Below, piece after piece: positions 14,093 through 25,310 of a DNA stretch of 64,000 nucleotides. The notes beneath the pieces were generated by a model. That model was not told where the DNA came from. It saw nothing but the letters and a program-made list of their open reading frames with translations, and did not search any database. Within the stretch, counting starts at the first letter, position 1, and every line of letters begins with the position of its first letter. This DNA comes from Octopus sinensis (Eukaryota). Both the position numbers and the translations under genes were made by a program. The DNA lies in NCBI RefSeq assembly GCF_006345805.1, contig NC_043010.1:54684001-54748000 (forward strand), given 5' to 3'.

Positions 14093-14173
14093 TTCCTGGA
14101 CCAATTGGTTTCTGATTTTAGTTTAGCAAGTAAATAACATTTACTCGCGAGGTGAAATCCTCTTCAGCAGGAA
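14093..14173 (-). ncRNA. Type I hammerhead ribozyme (CCAATTGG family)
   Basis: Minus strand: TTCCTG-CTGAAGA-GGATTT..AAATCA-GAAA-CCAATTGG-TC^CAGGAA. Helix I 6 bp; internal hairpin GAGTAAAT/ATTTACTT. Confidence 0.8.
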
Positions 14174-14546
14174 CACCTTGGGTTAAATATATAAACACGA
14201 GGCGATAAATTTATGTGCCTCTTGTTTATACATAGTAATTTTTTTTCAAAATCTACTGCGCATACGCAGCCCTTTGCCGGCAATAAACATGTGCCAACTT
14301 TTAAAAACCGAAAATTATCCAAAAACTTACAATACTTAATCATATCAAAGGGAAATGGAAATTTATTAAAATTTTCATTTCCAGTGGCCTAACGTGTAAA
14401 CATTTAATCCAAAGACTATGTATTAGTCATAACATACAGTGTACGTTGACAAATTTAATTTAAATGTTGAAGTGAATCTAACGGATTTTGTATGTTTTGA
14501 AATAGCTTATAAACACCTTCCACGCTACAACTGTATTTATAAATAT

Positions 14547-14588
<42 letters not shown>

Positions 14589-14784
14589 CACATATATAGT
14601 TCTGGCAACAGAAATTTCAAGATATAAACCATGAAGTAAATGGCAGCGTCAAGTTTATCAGAATAATCTGACAGAACAAAAGATTTTTTTAAAGATAGAT
14701 GGCGCTAGGGTGAATGATTTTCTTCATTTACTTTTGAACCTGTCAAAATTTTTACATTAAAATCTGAGTCAAATTAGTAACTTT

Positions 14785-15165
14785 CAAAAGTTTCAGTAAT
14801 TTGACTATGGCCATGCCGGAGCACCGCTTTTAGTCGACCAAATCGACCCCAGAACTTATTATTTGTAAGCTTAGTACTCATTCTATAGACCCCTTTTGCC
14901 AAACCGCTAAGTTACGGGGACGTAAACACACCAGCATCGGTTGTCAAGCGATGTTGGGGGGGACAAACTCAGACACCCAAACATATATATATATGTACGA
15001 TGGGCTTCTTTCAGTTTCTGTCTACGAAATCCACTCACAAGGCTTTGGTCATCCCGATGTTACAGTAGAAGACTTGCCCAAGGTGCCACGCAGTGGGACT
15101 GAACCCGAAACCATGTGCTTCGTTAGCAAGTTACTTACCACACAGCCATTCCTACGCCTACGCAT
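14785..15165 (-). mobile_element. CORE-type composite SINE
   Basis: Same family as the 9898 copy, with a tRNA-like head at ~15160. Confidence 0.75.
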
Positions 15166-16904
15166 CTGTTATAATTTTAATAAGTTTTTACGTATATAAT
15201 TTACATTTCTAATAAACCTTTCTACTATAGTTCCGAGAAATGAAATTTTCAAAAATGAGTCTTGTCGATTACATTCCTTCCTGTGCTCGACTGGTACTTT
15301 TTTTTATTCTTCTACGAAACGATAATCACATCTTGTTTTGTTTTTTTGTGGTGTGGGGTCTACCCTCTACTAAGTCGTTGTATATATTTCTGTATCCCGC
15401 GGCACCATTCTTGATCAACACAAAAGCCTTACAATAGAGTTCATTAGGAATCTACAGTGTCTTTCTTCATCCGCAGTAGGGAGCATCCTTCTATTCCATT
15501 TCCTCTTTTGTTATGATGGATTTCATTTATTATTTCACCTGACTATCCGTTTTCATTCTCGAGGTTTATAAACTTTCCTCGCAGAATCTCATACCCCTAA
15601 ACATATCGACTGATCCTCTTATCTGTCCTTCTTTTCCTCATTTCTTTCTTTTTTCATTCTTCATTTTGTTCCCTTATTAGCCCAAAAGGGCCCAAAATAG
15701 ACGGGAACAGACAGGACACCACAGAGGGGACAATACATAAAACGAATATGAATGAGATGATTATATAACAATGAGGTTATGAATGGCTGCATGCACCCCT
15801 CATCACATTCAGTACCATTAATCTTTTTTTTCAGTCCATTTTTATCATGTATATAACAATTATCATGTTACATACCAGTGCAAGTATTTGAACTGTTATA
15901 TTCATGCTCTACAATTGATCTTCTATTTTCCAATATTTTTTAAACATAACATAAAACACTTTACTCTTTCGTTTTTTTCTCTTTTTCCTCCTTTTTCTTT
16001 TCTTCTTTTTCATGTCAATTTAACATACTTACTTTCATTTTTCTCTCTTTTTCCTCCTTTTTCTTTTCTTTTTTTTTTCCTGTCAATTTAACATACTTTC
16101 ATTTTAATAGTACTTCATCAACGGTTCGATTTCTATAAAATCCACTACGGATGGCAATTCTTTGAATTCCACCCTTACTCCTGGTGAGTCAATACTATCT
16201 CCACACATTTCTTCCAGTTTCTCGTAATTTTCCTTTTCGATCACTATCGCCTTCATATCCTCTGTATATATGTATGATGGTACTTTCACTCTTACTATTT
16301 GATCAAACTTGACTATCTTCTTCTCTGTTTCTACATTTTTTTCATTCTTCTTTTATCGTTCCATTTTCCCCCATTTGCTTTCTCGTTTTCCTTTCATTTT
16401 ATCATGTCTTCTTTCTCTATTCACTTCTATAAAAATCTTCCTTTCCTTTTCCTCAATTCATATCACCTACTGGCATTATCTCCCTCCAAACTTCACATAT
16501 CAAGATCTAGGTAATACACTTACTTCTGCTAATCTCGTTACCTCTCTCTTCTCTTCGTTCTACATTACCTACAAAAATTACAGACAAATTATAATACATG
16601 TTGTCACTCGACTCACATTTCCATGATGTCCCACACTTTTTTCATTTAAATTCATGATGTCAACGACTAACTTGTATATTAACCCCCACTTTGAATTTAC
16701 CATGCCAATCCTCAAGATTATGCCCTGTTGTATCTGAACACCCGTTCTCGTGTATTTAGATGTCTCTGCATTGATAAAATTATTTCTTATACGCTTGTGA
16801 GTAATATTGGCGCATAAGGTCTATCTATTTGGTAAATATAGAGTTATAATGTACCCGTCACTGAATATTAGAAGCAGCTGTATGAATGTTTTTCCTACTA
16901 ACTA

Positions 16905-17103
16905 TATGCTCTTACTCTTTTACTTGTTTCGGTCATTTGATTGCGGCCATGGAGTATCACCGCCTTTAGTCGAGCATATCGACCCCCGGGACTTATTCTT
17001 TGTAAGCCTAGTACTTATTCTATCGATATATTTCGCCGAGTCGCTAGTTACCGGGACCTAGACAAACCAGCATCGGTTGTCAAGCGATGTTGGGGGGACA
17101 AAC

Positions 17104-17155
<52 letters not shown>

Positions 17156-17187
17156 TCTATGTATTATATATATTTAATATATTATAT

Positions 17188-17223
<36 letters not shown>

Positions 17224-17385
17224 AAATATACGACGTGCTTCTTTCAGATTCCGTCTTCCAAATCCAATTACAAGTCTTTGGTTGGCCCGAGGCTATAGCA
17301 GAAGACACTTGCCCTAGTTGCCACGCAGTGGGACTGAACACGGAACCATGTGGTTCGTAAGCAAGCTACTTACCACACAGCCATG
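16905..17385 (-). mobile_element. CORE-type composite SINE
   Basis: Same family, with an expanded internal microsatellite. Confidence 0.75.
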
Positions 17386-17393
17386 TGTAATTT

Positions 17394-17633
17394 CAGCGTG
17401 GAAGGTGTTTATAATCCACTTAAGAACACAGAAAAACCGTTAGATTCACTTCAACATTTAAATTTAATTTGCCAAAATATTTTCGTCGGTTTGAGACCGC
17501 GACCTGATCATTGACAAAATTCCGTGCTGCATCTCAAAGCGACGAAAGTATTTTGGCAAATTAAATTTAAATGTTGAAGTGAATCTGGCGGTTTTTGTGT
17601 GTTTTTAAATGGCCTATAAACACCTTCCAGCAC
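17394..17633. mobile_element. Fold-back element with ~100-bp inverted arms and a hammerhead-like remnant (17469-17517, minus)
   Basis: The GCGTGGAAGGTGTTTATAA..CAACATTTAAATTTAATTTGCCAAAA arm is mirrored at 17545-17633; a partial copy of one arm lies at ~14440-14530. Confidence 0.65.
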
Positions 17634-17877
17634 ACGATCTTAGATCCAGTCACTTACTATGCAAGTACATCTCCGTAATGACACGTGCAATATTTCATAT
17701 AAATGCATTCCTTAAACCTGTGCCCAGTTTTCGTCTTTGATAATTGCTAGAAATTTCCCTTTTCTAGAAGCCTATACGCCACTCCCACAAACAGGTTAGA
17801 GTTGAAGAATTAGATCTCCCAGTACATAAATTCGGTGTCTGTCTACTCCAAGATTGCATCAGCTACTTCAAACCAAT

Positions 17878-18219
17878 ATTCTTTTATTCTTTTACTTCTT
17901 TCAGTCATTTTACTACAGCCATACTGGAGCCCCTCTTTAAAGGAATTTGTCGAAGAAATCGATCCCTTGACTTAAAATTTGTAAGCGTAGCACTTATCAT
18001 ATCAGACCATTTTGCCGAAGCGCTCGCTAAATTGCAATAACGAAAACTCATTAAGATCAGTTAAGCGATGGCGGGTAGGGGAGACAAACACACGCACGCA
18101 GGCACACACACACACACAACATACACACACACACACACAAACACACACACACGCACACACATGCACACACACAGACACACACACACACACCACACACACA
18201 CACACACACACCCACATAT

Positions 18220-18266
<47 letters not shown>

Positions 18267-18405
18267 TTATGGGGTGCTTTCAGTTTCAATCTACCAAATG
18301 CACTCAGAAGGATTTGGTCGGCCCGATGATATAGTAGAAGATAGATGACCAGGTGCCACGCAGTGGGACTGAACCCGGAACTCTATTGCTGGGAGTACAT
18401 AACTA
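17878..18405 (-). mobile_element. CORE-type composite SINE, diverged
   Basis: Same family, with a long internal (CA)n(TA)n tract. Confidence 0.65.
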
Positions 18406-18584
18406 TTACACACACAAACACACACATACATACACATATATATTGTATTTGGCCCTAATTTTTTTATGACAGCACAATTTTCCAATCTATGAGTTCAATG
18501 TGTAAGTGTACATGATATATGTGTCTGTCTATAATGTTTACACGTACACACACACATGGACACACATAATATCTACGTATATAG

Positions 18585-18618
<34 letters not shown>

Positions 18619-19043
18619 TGCCATCCCCCCCCCACTTTCTATCTTTCCTAGTCTTTCTCCCTCTAGGAAAATATTTATTTAGTCTTTGTTTCATTGTGTT
18701 CTATATTTCAGTGGACAAAAACATTGAAAAGGTTTATTGTCTTTTGTTCAATAAAAATTTCAATCTCAATTATTGTTAATATATAATAATACACGGGAAT
18801 ATGAACATCTGTGTGGTCTTTTCTTGCTTTAGAATCTGAGAACAGATACACAAAATTATAAAACGACTTATAAATACGTTAATCACGTGTGTATCACTGA
18901 ACAGAAAACCACACCCACATATAAGCATAACAATGATTGTGACATTCAGAAGCTCTGTTTGCAAGCATGTAGTTCGGGTTTCGGTTCCAATGAGTGAAAA
19001 CTTGTGTATAATGTTTTTACGTTATGGCTGGTGAATGATTAAT

Positions 19044-19417
19044 GGGAAGCACTCCGTCGGTTACGATGACGAGGGTTACGGTTGATCCGATCAACGGAAC
19101 AGCCTGCTCGTGAAATTAACCTGTAAGTGGCTGAGCACTCCACAGACACGTGTACCCTTAACGTAGTTCTCGGGGATATTCAGCGTGACACAGAGGCCGG
19201 CCCTTTAAAATACAGGCACAACAGAAACAGGACGTAAGAGTGAGAGAAAGTTGTGGTGAAAGAGTACAGCAGGGATCACCACCATCCCTGCCTGAGCCTG
19301 GTGGAGCTTTAGGTGTTTTCGCTCAATAAACACTCACAACGCCCGGTCTGGGAATCGAAACCGCGATCCTACGACCGCGAGTCCGCTGTCCTAACCACTG
19401 GGCCATTGCGCCTCCAC
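19044..19417 (-). mobile_element. tRNA-Arg-derived SINE, tail A
   Basis: TSD GAATGATTAAT (19033-19043 / 19418-19428). Confidence 0.85.
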
Positions 19418-19524
19418 GAATGATTAATAGAAAGGGTGTGGAAGTCCAACAAATATTTATACACGTTTTGTGTTCTACCCTGAAGATTTCTTCTATTTCT
19501 TTGCGCTACACAACTAGATCTGTC

Positions 19525-20545
19525 TTGTAGCGGTATTTCGTCTGACTTTACGTTCTGAGTTCAAATGCTACTGGGGTCGACTTTGCATATCATCCCTTCG
19601 GGGGTCGATAAATTAGATACCAGTTACGCACTGGGGTCGATGTAATCGACTTAATTCGCTTGTCTGTCCTTGTTTGTCCCCTTTATGTTTAGCCCCTTGT
19701 GGGTAATAAACAAACAGGTATTTTGTCTGCCGTTACATTCTGAGTTCAAATGCCGCCGAGGTCGACTAAGCCTTTCATCCATTCGGGGTCGATAAATTGA
19801 GTACCAATGACACACTGGTGTCGATGAAAACGACTTAATCCCATTGTCTGTCCTTGCTTGTCCCCTCTGTATTTGGCCCCTTGTGGATAGTAAAGAAATA
19901 TATGTATTTCGTCCGTCTTTCCGTACTGAGTTCAAATTCCACCGAGGTCGACTTTGCCTTTCATCCTTTTGGGCTCGATTAAATAAGGACCGGTTACGCA
20001 CTGGGGTCGATATAATCGACTGAATCCCTTCGTTAGTACCTGTTTGTCCTCTCTTCCTTTAGACCCTTGTGGGTAGTACAGAAATAGAAATAGGTATTTC
20101 CTCCGTCTTTACATTCTGTGTTCAAATTCCGCCGAGATCGACTTTGCCTTTCATCGTTTCGGGGTCGATAAATTAAGTACCAGTTACGCACTGGGGTCGA
20201 TATAATCGACTTAATCCGTCTGTCTGTCCTTGTTTGTCTCCTCTGTGTTTGGCCCCCTTGTGGATAGTAAAGAAATAAGTATTTCGTCTGCCGCTACGTT
20301 CTGAGTTCAAATTCCGCTGAGGTCAACTTTGCCTTTCATCCTTTAGGGGTCAATTAAATAAGTACCAGTTACGCACTGAGGTCTATGCAATCGACTCAAT
20401 CGCTTTGTCTGTCCTTGTTTGTCCCCTCTGTGTCTAGCCCCTTGTAGGTATTTTCGTCTATCCACCGAGGTCGGCTTTGCCAATCATCCTTTCCTGGTCG
20501 ATAAATTAAGTAGCATTTGCGTACTGAGGTAGATCAGATCGACTG
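19525..20545 (+). mobile_element. Tandem array of ~5-6 headless Meta-type SINE units (~185 bp each)
   Basis: Recurring GTATTTCGTC..TTCTGAGTTCAAAT..GTCGACTTTGCCTTTCATCC..GTAAAGAAATA. Confidence 0.8.
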
Positions 20546-20674
20546 ACCCCTCTCTCCAAAAGGAATTCTTTTACATAATTCTAGTTAGTCACTAACAAGG
20601 ATATATTGCTGTTTTGTTAATGTGAATGCAGTTATTCTATAATTACGACTATCAGAAATATGCTTTCTGTGTAG

Positions 20675-20742
20675 GAAACAGGCAGTATCATTCGGACGTT
20701 TGGGGGCAGCTGATGATGAAGTAGATGATAATTTCCACACTG
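20675..20742 (+). CDS. Candidate internal exon of an unidentified gene
   Basis: Acceptor tgctttctgtgtAG and donor GTATGT; the open frame reads KQAVSFGRLGAADDEVDDNFHT(G). No recognised homology. Confidence 0.25.
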
Positions 20743-21387
20743 GTATGTAGCAACTGATACTTTCTCTAGCAATGGAAAGTTTTACAAACATTCATATCTC
20801 TCATGTTGATCATATATTCAGTAGTTATCTCTTCATCATGACAGCAAATGCTTTGCCTTCTGGACAAGTTATGACGTAACTATCACATCGAAGTCAAGCA
20901 TCTATTCCTTCCGCTGGCTTTCGCTTATTGTAGCTCGCAGGTTACGCAACCATCTATACTATTCTGCTAATAAGGGTTAGCGATTCTTGGAGAAATTTTC
21001 TATACCATTCTGCTAGTAAGGTTAGCGTTCCTTGGGGAAATTTATGCGTTCATTATTTATAATCCAGTAGGGTGGAATTAAATTTAAGAAACTTAAATTT
21101 CTAAAGCAATTAGCTGATGATTATCTGAACATAGGTATGTTCGTAAATAAGGTACGATATTGCCAAAACTATAAATCCCTCCAATTTACGAATGTTTCTA
21201 AGATGATGATATTCTACTCGTAAATTCATTCGTAAATAACTCATAATCCGATTAAATGTAATTACATATAAGAAACTTAAATTTGTAAATTAATTAACCG
21301 ATGACGGATGTAAAAGCGTTTGTTTAATAGGTTGTAAGCATTGGCAAACAATTTGATACAGAAATACATGATCTGCTAAAAATAATA

Positions 21388-21677
21388 TCACCGTAATCAA
21401 CCAGATGTTGCTACACATCGTTCGTTACGATGCCCTTCGCATTGTTTTAGCCTTCAAATGACGCCACCCCGCTGGCTAAGCGAGCAAGCCAACTGAAGGA
21501 GTGAGAGAAAGTTGTGGCGAAAGAGTACAGCAGGGATCACCACCACCCCCTTATGGAGCCTAGTGGAGCTTTAGGTGTTTTCGCTCAATAAACACTCAGA
21601 ACGTCCGGTCTGGGAATCGAAAGCGCGATCCTACGACCGCGAGTCCGCTGCCCTAACCACTGGGCCATTGTGCCTCC
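21388..21677 (-). mobile_element. tRNA-Arg-derived SINE, alternative tail C
   Basis: Same head, then GCTCGCTTAGCCAGCGGGGTGGCGTC; this tail also occurs alone at 22495-22612. Confidence 0.75.
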
Positions 21678-22617
21678 ACTAAATAACATATTTATATCAT
21701 ACTTGATCGCCTTACATGTAAAATGTGTTCACATTAAACAATATTATGTTTCATATATTTTGCCAGCAAAAAAAGCAGCCGATAAACACTGACATTCCAT
21801 GGGCAACGGCCCAGGAAAGGAAGATTTCTTATTTTGATATAATAGTTGCAATGTCCAAATATTGATCTGTTGCGATTTTAGCTACGTGATTTTGGATGTT
21901 ATTTAATGTGTAAACTCTTGGCTGACATTTTGGAGATGTTTCCCTCTCAGTTTAACGAAATATAGTATATAAGAAACGTGGAATTAGCAGCAATCCAGTG
22001 ATGAGCTGCAGTATAAGTAAATAAGCATACACATTTAGAATACATCAACGTACTGTAACAGCATTGGGAAATACATATCTTTATGTCGGTGCGACGGAAA
22101 ATGAAGTAAAAAAAAACATCGCACGCGTCTTTAAACTGTTCGGAAAATGAAGAAAAAAAATTCATCCTTTCTGCAAAATTCCCTTTCTTAATCTTAGAGA
22201 TGAGCGAAATTTTTCTCACATGCACATGGGAAGATTTTCTTTTTCTAAATATAGAGGAACAGATAATTAGTTAGACACAAATGAACTTAAAAAACGTCAA
22301 AGCGTAAGCATATATAATAATAATAATGATAATAATAATAATAATATATTAATTAATTTAACGTTAATTTATATAAACATAAGTTCGTATTTTATCTCGT
22401 TTAGGTTACTTTATAGCTTAGGTATTAATTTCGCACAAAACTTTTTAACACGTGTTTTGCTTATAAAATCAATTAATTACTTATATTTATATATCACTGT
22501 GATCACGTGACCGACCAGACCATCAGATGTTGTTACACATCGCTGGTCACAATGCGTTCGTATTGTTTTAGCCTTCGAATGACGCCACCCCGTTGGCTAA
22601 GCGAGCAGGCCAATATT

Positions 22618-22686
<69 letters not shown>

Positions 22687-22718
22687 GTAAACGTAATATG
22701 TGACAATTATTCGGTAGC

Positions 22719-22781
22719 AGAAAAAACTCCGAGTTTCGGCTGCCGAGGTAGATATTCACGCCGCCATCTCTTCAGCTATCC
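22719..22781 (-). ncRNA. Degenerate hammerhead-like motif (CTCNGAG family) in an inverted Penelope-like fragment (~22690-22975)
   Basis: Minus strand: ggatag-CTGAAGA-gatggcg..cggcagcc-GAAA-ctcggag-TT-ttttct. Imperfect inverted repeat 22690-22720 / 22893-22925. Confidence 0.45.
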
Positions 22782-23417
22782 GGCCATCGGAAAAATGCTA
22801 TGAAAAATGACCGTTATACAAAGGGAAATTACTGTGTGATTGACCGTTATGAAGACAAAAGAGCTATTCGAATGGCCGCTAAGGAAGGCTATATAATATT
22901 TGTCATATATTACATTTACATAATATCGAGGTCTCTTTCTTTCTTTTGTTGTCTTGCCATTTTTATCAATATATAAATATATATGCGTGTTACCTTATAT
23001 TTTATGTTTTTACTTACATAAAATCCAATTCTTACTTGTTTACTCAATAATACGTTCTATATTTTTCATTATTTTATTACTTTAATTTGTTTTAGGATTC
23101 TTGCATTTTTATTTCATTTCTATTGTATTTATACTATAATGTAACGCACCTAAAAGAATGCACTTTTCTTAGTTCAATATAGTATCATAATATTATATTT
23201 ATCTATAAAAAAAAGCTTATTAAAATATACTGCTATCATATTCTTATAACCAGTTTCGAAATTTATTTCAGTTAATACTCTAGAGAGATATATTATTTTA
23301 ATATAATGTACCCTATTATATAAAAACGTCGATTATTTTAATACCATACGATTTTATAAAATCTTCCATGACTATACTACCTTCCACCCCTTGATAGGGT
23401 TCATACCATGTTCTCTA

Positions 23418-23753
23418 AGGGGGGATGCACTCCGTCGGTTACGACGATGAGGATTCCAGTTGATCCGAATCGACGGAACAGCCTGCTCGTGGAATTAACG
23501 TGTAAGTGGCTGAGCACTCCACAGACACGTGACACAGAGAGTGACAAGGCCGGCCCTTGAAATACAGGTACAACAGAAACAGGAAGTAAGAGTGAGAGAA
23601 AGCAGGGATCACCACCATCCCCTGCCAGAGCATCGTGGAGCTTTAGGTGTTTTCGCTCAATAAACACTCACAACGCCCGGTCTGGGAATCGAAACCGCGA
23701 TCCTATGACGGCGAGTCCGCTGCCCTAACCACTGGGCCATTGCGCCTCCACTC
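23418..23753 (-). mobile_element. tRNA-Arg-derived SINE, tail A, internally deleted
   Basis: TSD CCATGTTCTCTA (23406-23417 / 23754-23765). Confidence 0.8.
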
Positions 23754-24124
23754 CCATGTTCTCTATTTAAAGAATGTATCATCTGACAGTTCGGAGCGTA
23801 TGCTCAAAACATTACAAAAGAGAATAAAAAAGCAGAGAACACAAAATCAGGCAACGGTCACGTGTGAGTAGTAGAATGATGGGAAGGAAGATGAGAGAGA
23901 TGAAGAGAGAGCAGCAGAGACAGAGAGAGATGGAGGGAGAGAGGAAGTAATGATGTTAGGAAAGGAATATTAGGACGAGAGATAAAGAAAGAAAGAATAT
24001 CCAATAGAATCTATTAAAGTCGGAATGCATGGCGTTCAGTTTTTCCATAAATGCATTAAATGCTACAAAATATACACGTAGGACAGACACAAGGACCATA
24101 ATTATTCATCATATATATATTATT

Positions 24125-24182
<58 letters not shown>

Positions 24183-24344
24183 TGGTTGTATACTGTCAAC
24201 TTAACGTGACAGTCCCGTATGGGAATTACGCCACCGCTGTTTAGCCCTAGGAAGCATCGAACGCTTACTGTCGGCTTTTATACATTTTCTGTATCCATAT
24301 ATTTGTGAAGGGGAAGCAATCATCCCTACTAGCCAAGATTCACA

Positions 24345-24391
24345 CCCGAGGTCATGCATGTTTCTGGGTTTTAATCCGTCATCAGCCCAGG
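24345..24391 (-). ncRNA. Hammerhead ribozyme copy (353-nt family), probably inactive (GAC triplet)
   Basis: Minus strand: cctgggCTGATGAcggattaaaacccaGAAAcatgcatgACctcggg; U16.1 is replaced by A. Confidence 0.65.
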
Positions 24392-24783
24392 ATAGTGAGA
24401 TCTGCTGATTGAGGTGCCTGTCCAGCCTTCACAAATATATATATTTACAGTGAAATTTATTCACTGGTTACCGTAATCAGAAATATTTAATTTCTAAATG
24501 TCTCAAAGAGACATGAGCGGTGATGGAGCGCAGAAAATGTCTCAAAGCCGACAGGAAGCGTTCGATGCTTCCTAGGGCTAAACAGCGGTGGTGTAATTCC
24601 ATACGGAACTGTCACGTTAAGTTGACAGTATACAATCACTCTCTCGCTCCACCATCACTCATGCCTCTTTGAAACATTTAGAAATTTAATATTTCTGATT
24701 ACGGTAACCAGTGAATAAATTTCACTGTATATATATACATATGTGAAGGCTGGACAGGCACCTCAATCAGAAGATCTCACTAT

Positions 24784-24830
24784 CCTGGGCTGATGACGGG
24801 TTAAAACCCAGAAACATGCATGTCCTCAGG
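24784..24830 (+). ncRNA. Type I hammerhead ribozyme (353-nt family), GUC triplet
   Basis: cctggg-CTGATGA-c-gggtt-aa-aaccc-a-GAAA-catgcatg-TC^ctcagg. Helix I 6 bp, extendable by tcac/gtga; C.A mismatch at the base of helix II. Confidence 0.75.
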
Positions 24831-25059
24831 TGTGAATCTTGGCTGGTAGGGGTGCTTGCCTCCCCTTCACAAATATAAGGACACAGAAAATGTGTCAAAG
24901 CCAACAGGAAGCGTTCGATGCTTCCTAGGGCTAAACAGCGGTGGTGTAATTCCCATACGGGACTGTCACGTTAAGTTGGCAGAATACAACCACTCTCTCG
25001 CTCCACTACCATTTGAGACATTTACAAATTTAATATTTCTGATATATATATATAGTAAT

Positions 25060-25310
25060 TGATTTAAAATTAATTTATATAAACCTAAGTTCGTATCCTA
25101 TCACTCTAAGGTTTTCAAAGCGTAACCACGTGTGTATCGTTGGTGATTTTTATCCTTCGTCTTCCCTTCCATTGAACTTTCCTCTATTTCCGAAGAAGAG
25201 CTTTGCTTGAAACGTTAAACCCTCTTTCCTTCCTTTCCTGAGCGTCTAATAATACAATATTTGTACCGCGTCCTCACGTTATTGTCTTTTCTTGTTCGTT
25301 CTTCTTTGTT
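25060..25310 (+). mobile_element. Penelope-like terminal fragment with a decayed hammerhead (25187-25219)
   Basis: ttt-CCGAAGA-a-gagc-ttt-gctt-GAAA-CG-TT-aaa. Related fragments at ~22350-22450 and (minus) ~44240-44430. Confidence 0.4.

Larger units (their letters stand above)
24168..25045. mobile_element. Retrozyme-like / Penelope-derived array, 353-bp unit, tandem plus inverted
   Basis: One unit at 24168-24530, then about 1.45 reverse-complement units (CAGAAAATGT at 24531 and 24884, period 353). Flanked by (TA)n/(GA)n. Confidence 0.8.

Noticed and set aside
19525-20545. CRISPR-like regular repeat
   Set aside because: Eukaryotic SINE-body tandem units with no unique spacers and no cas genes.
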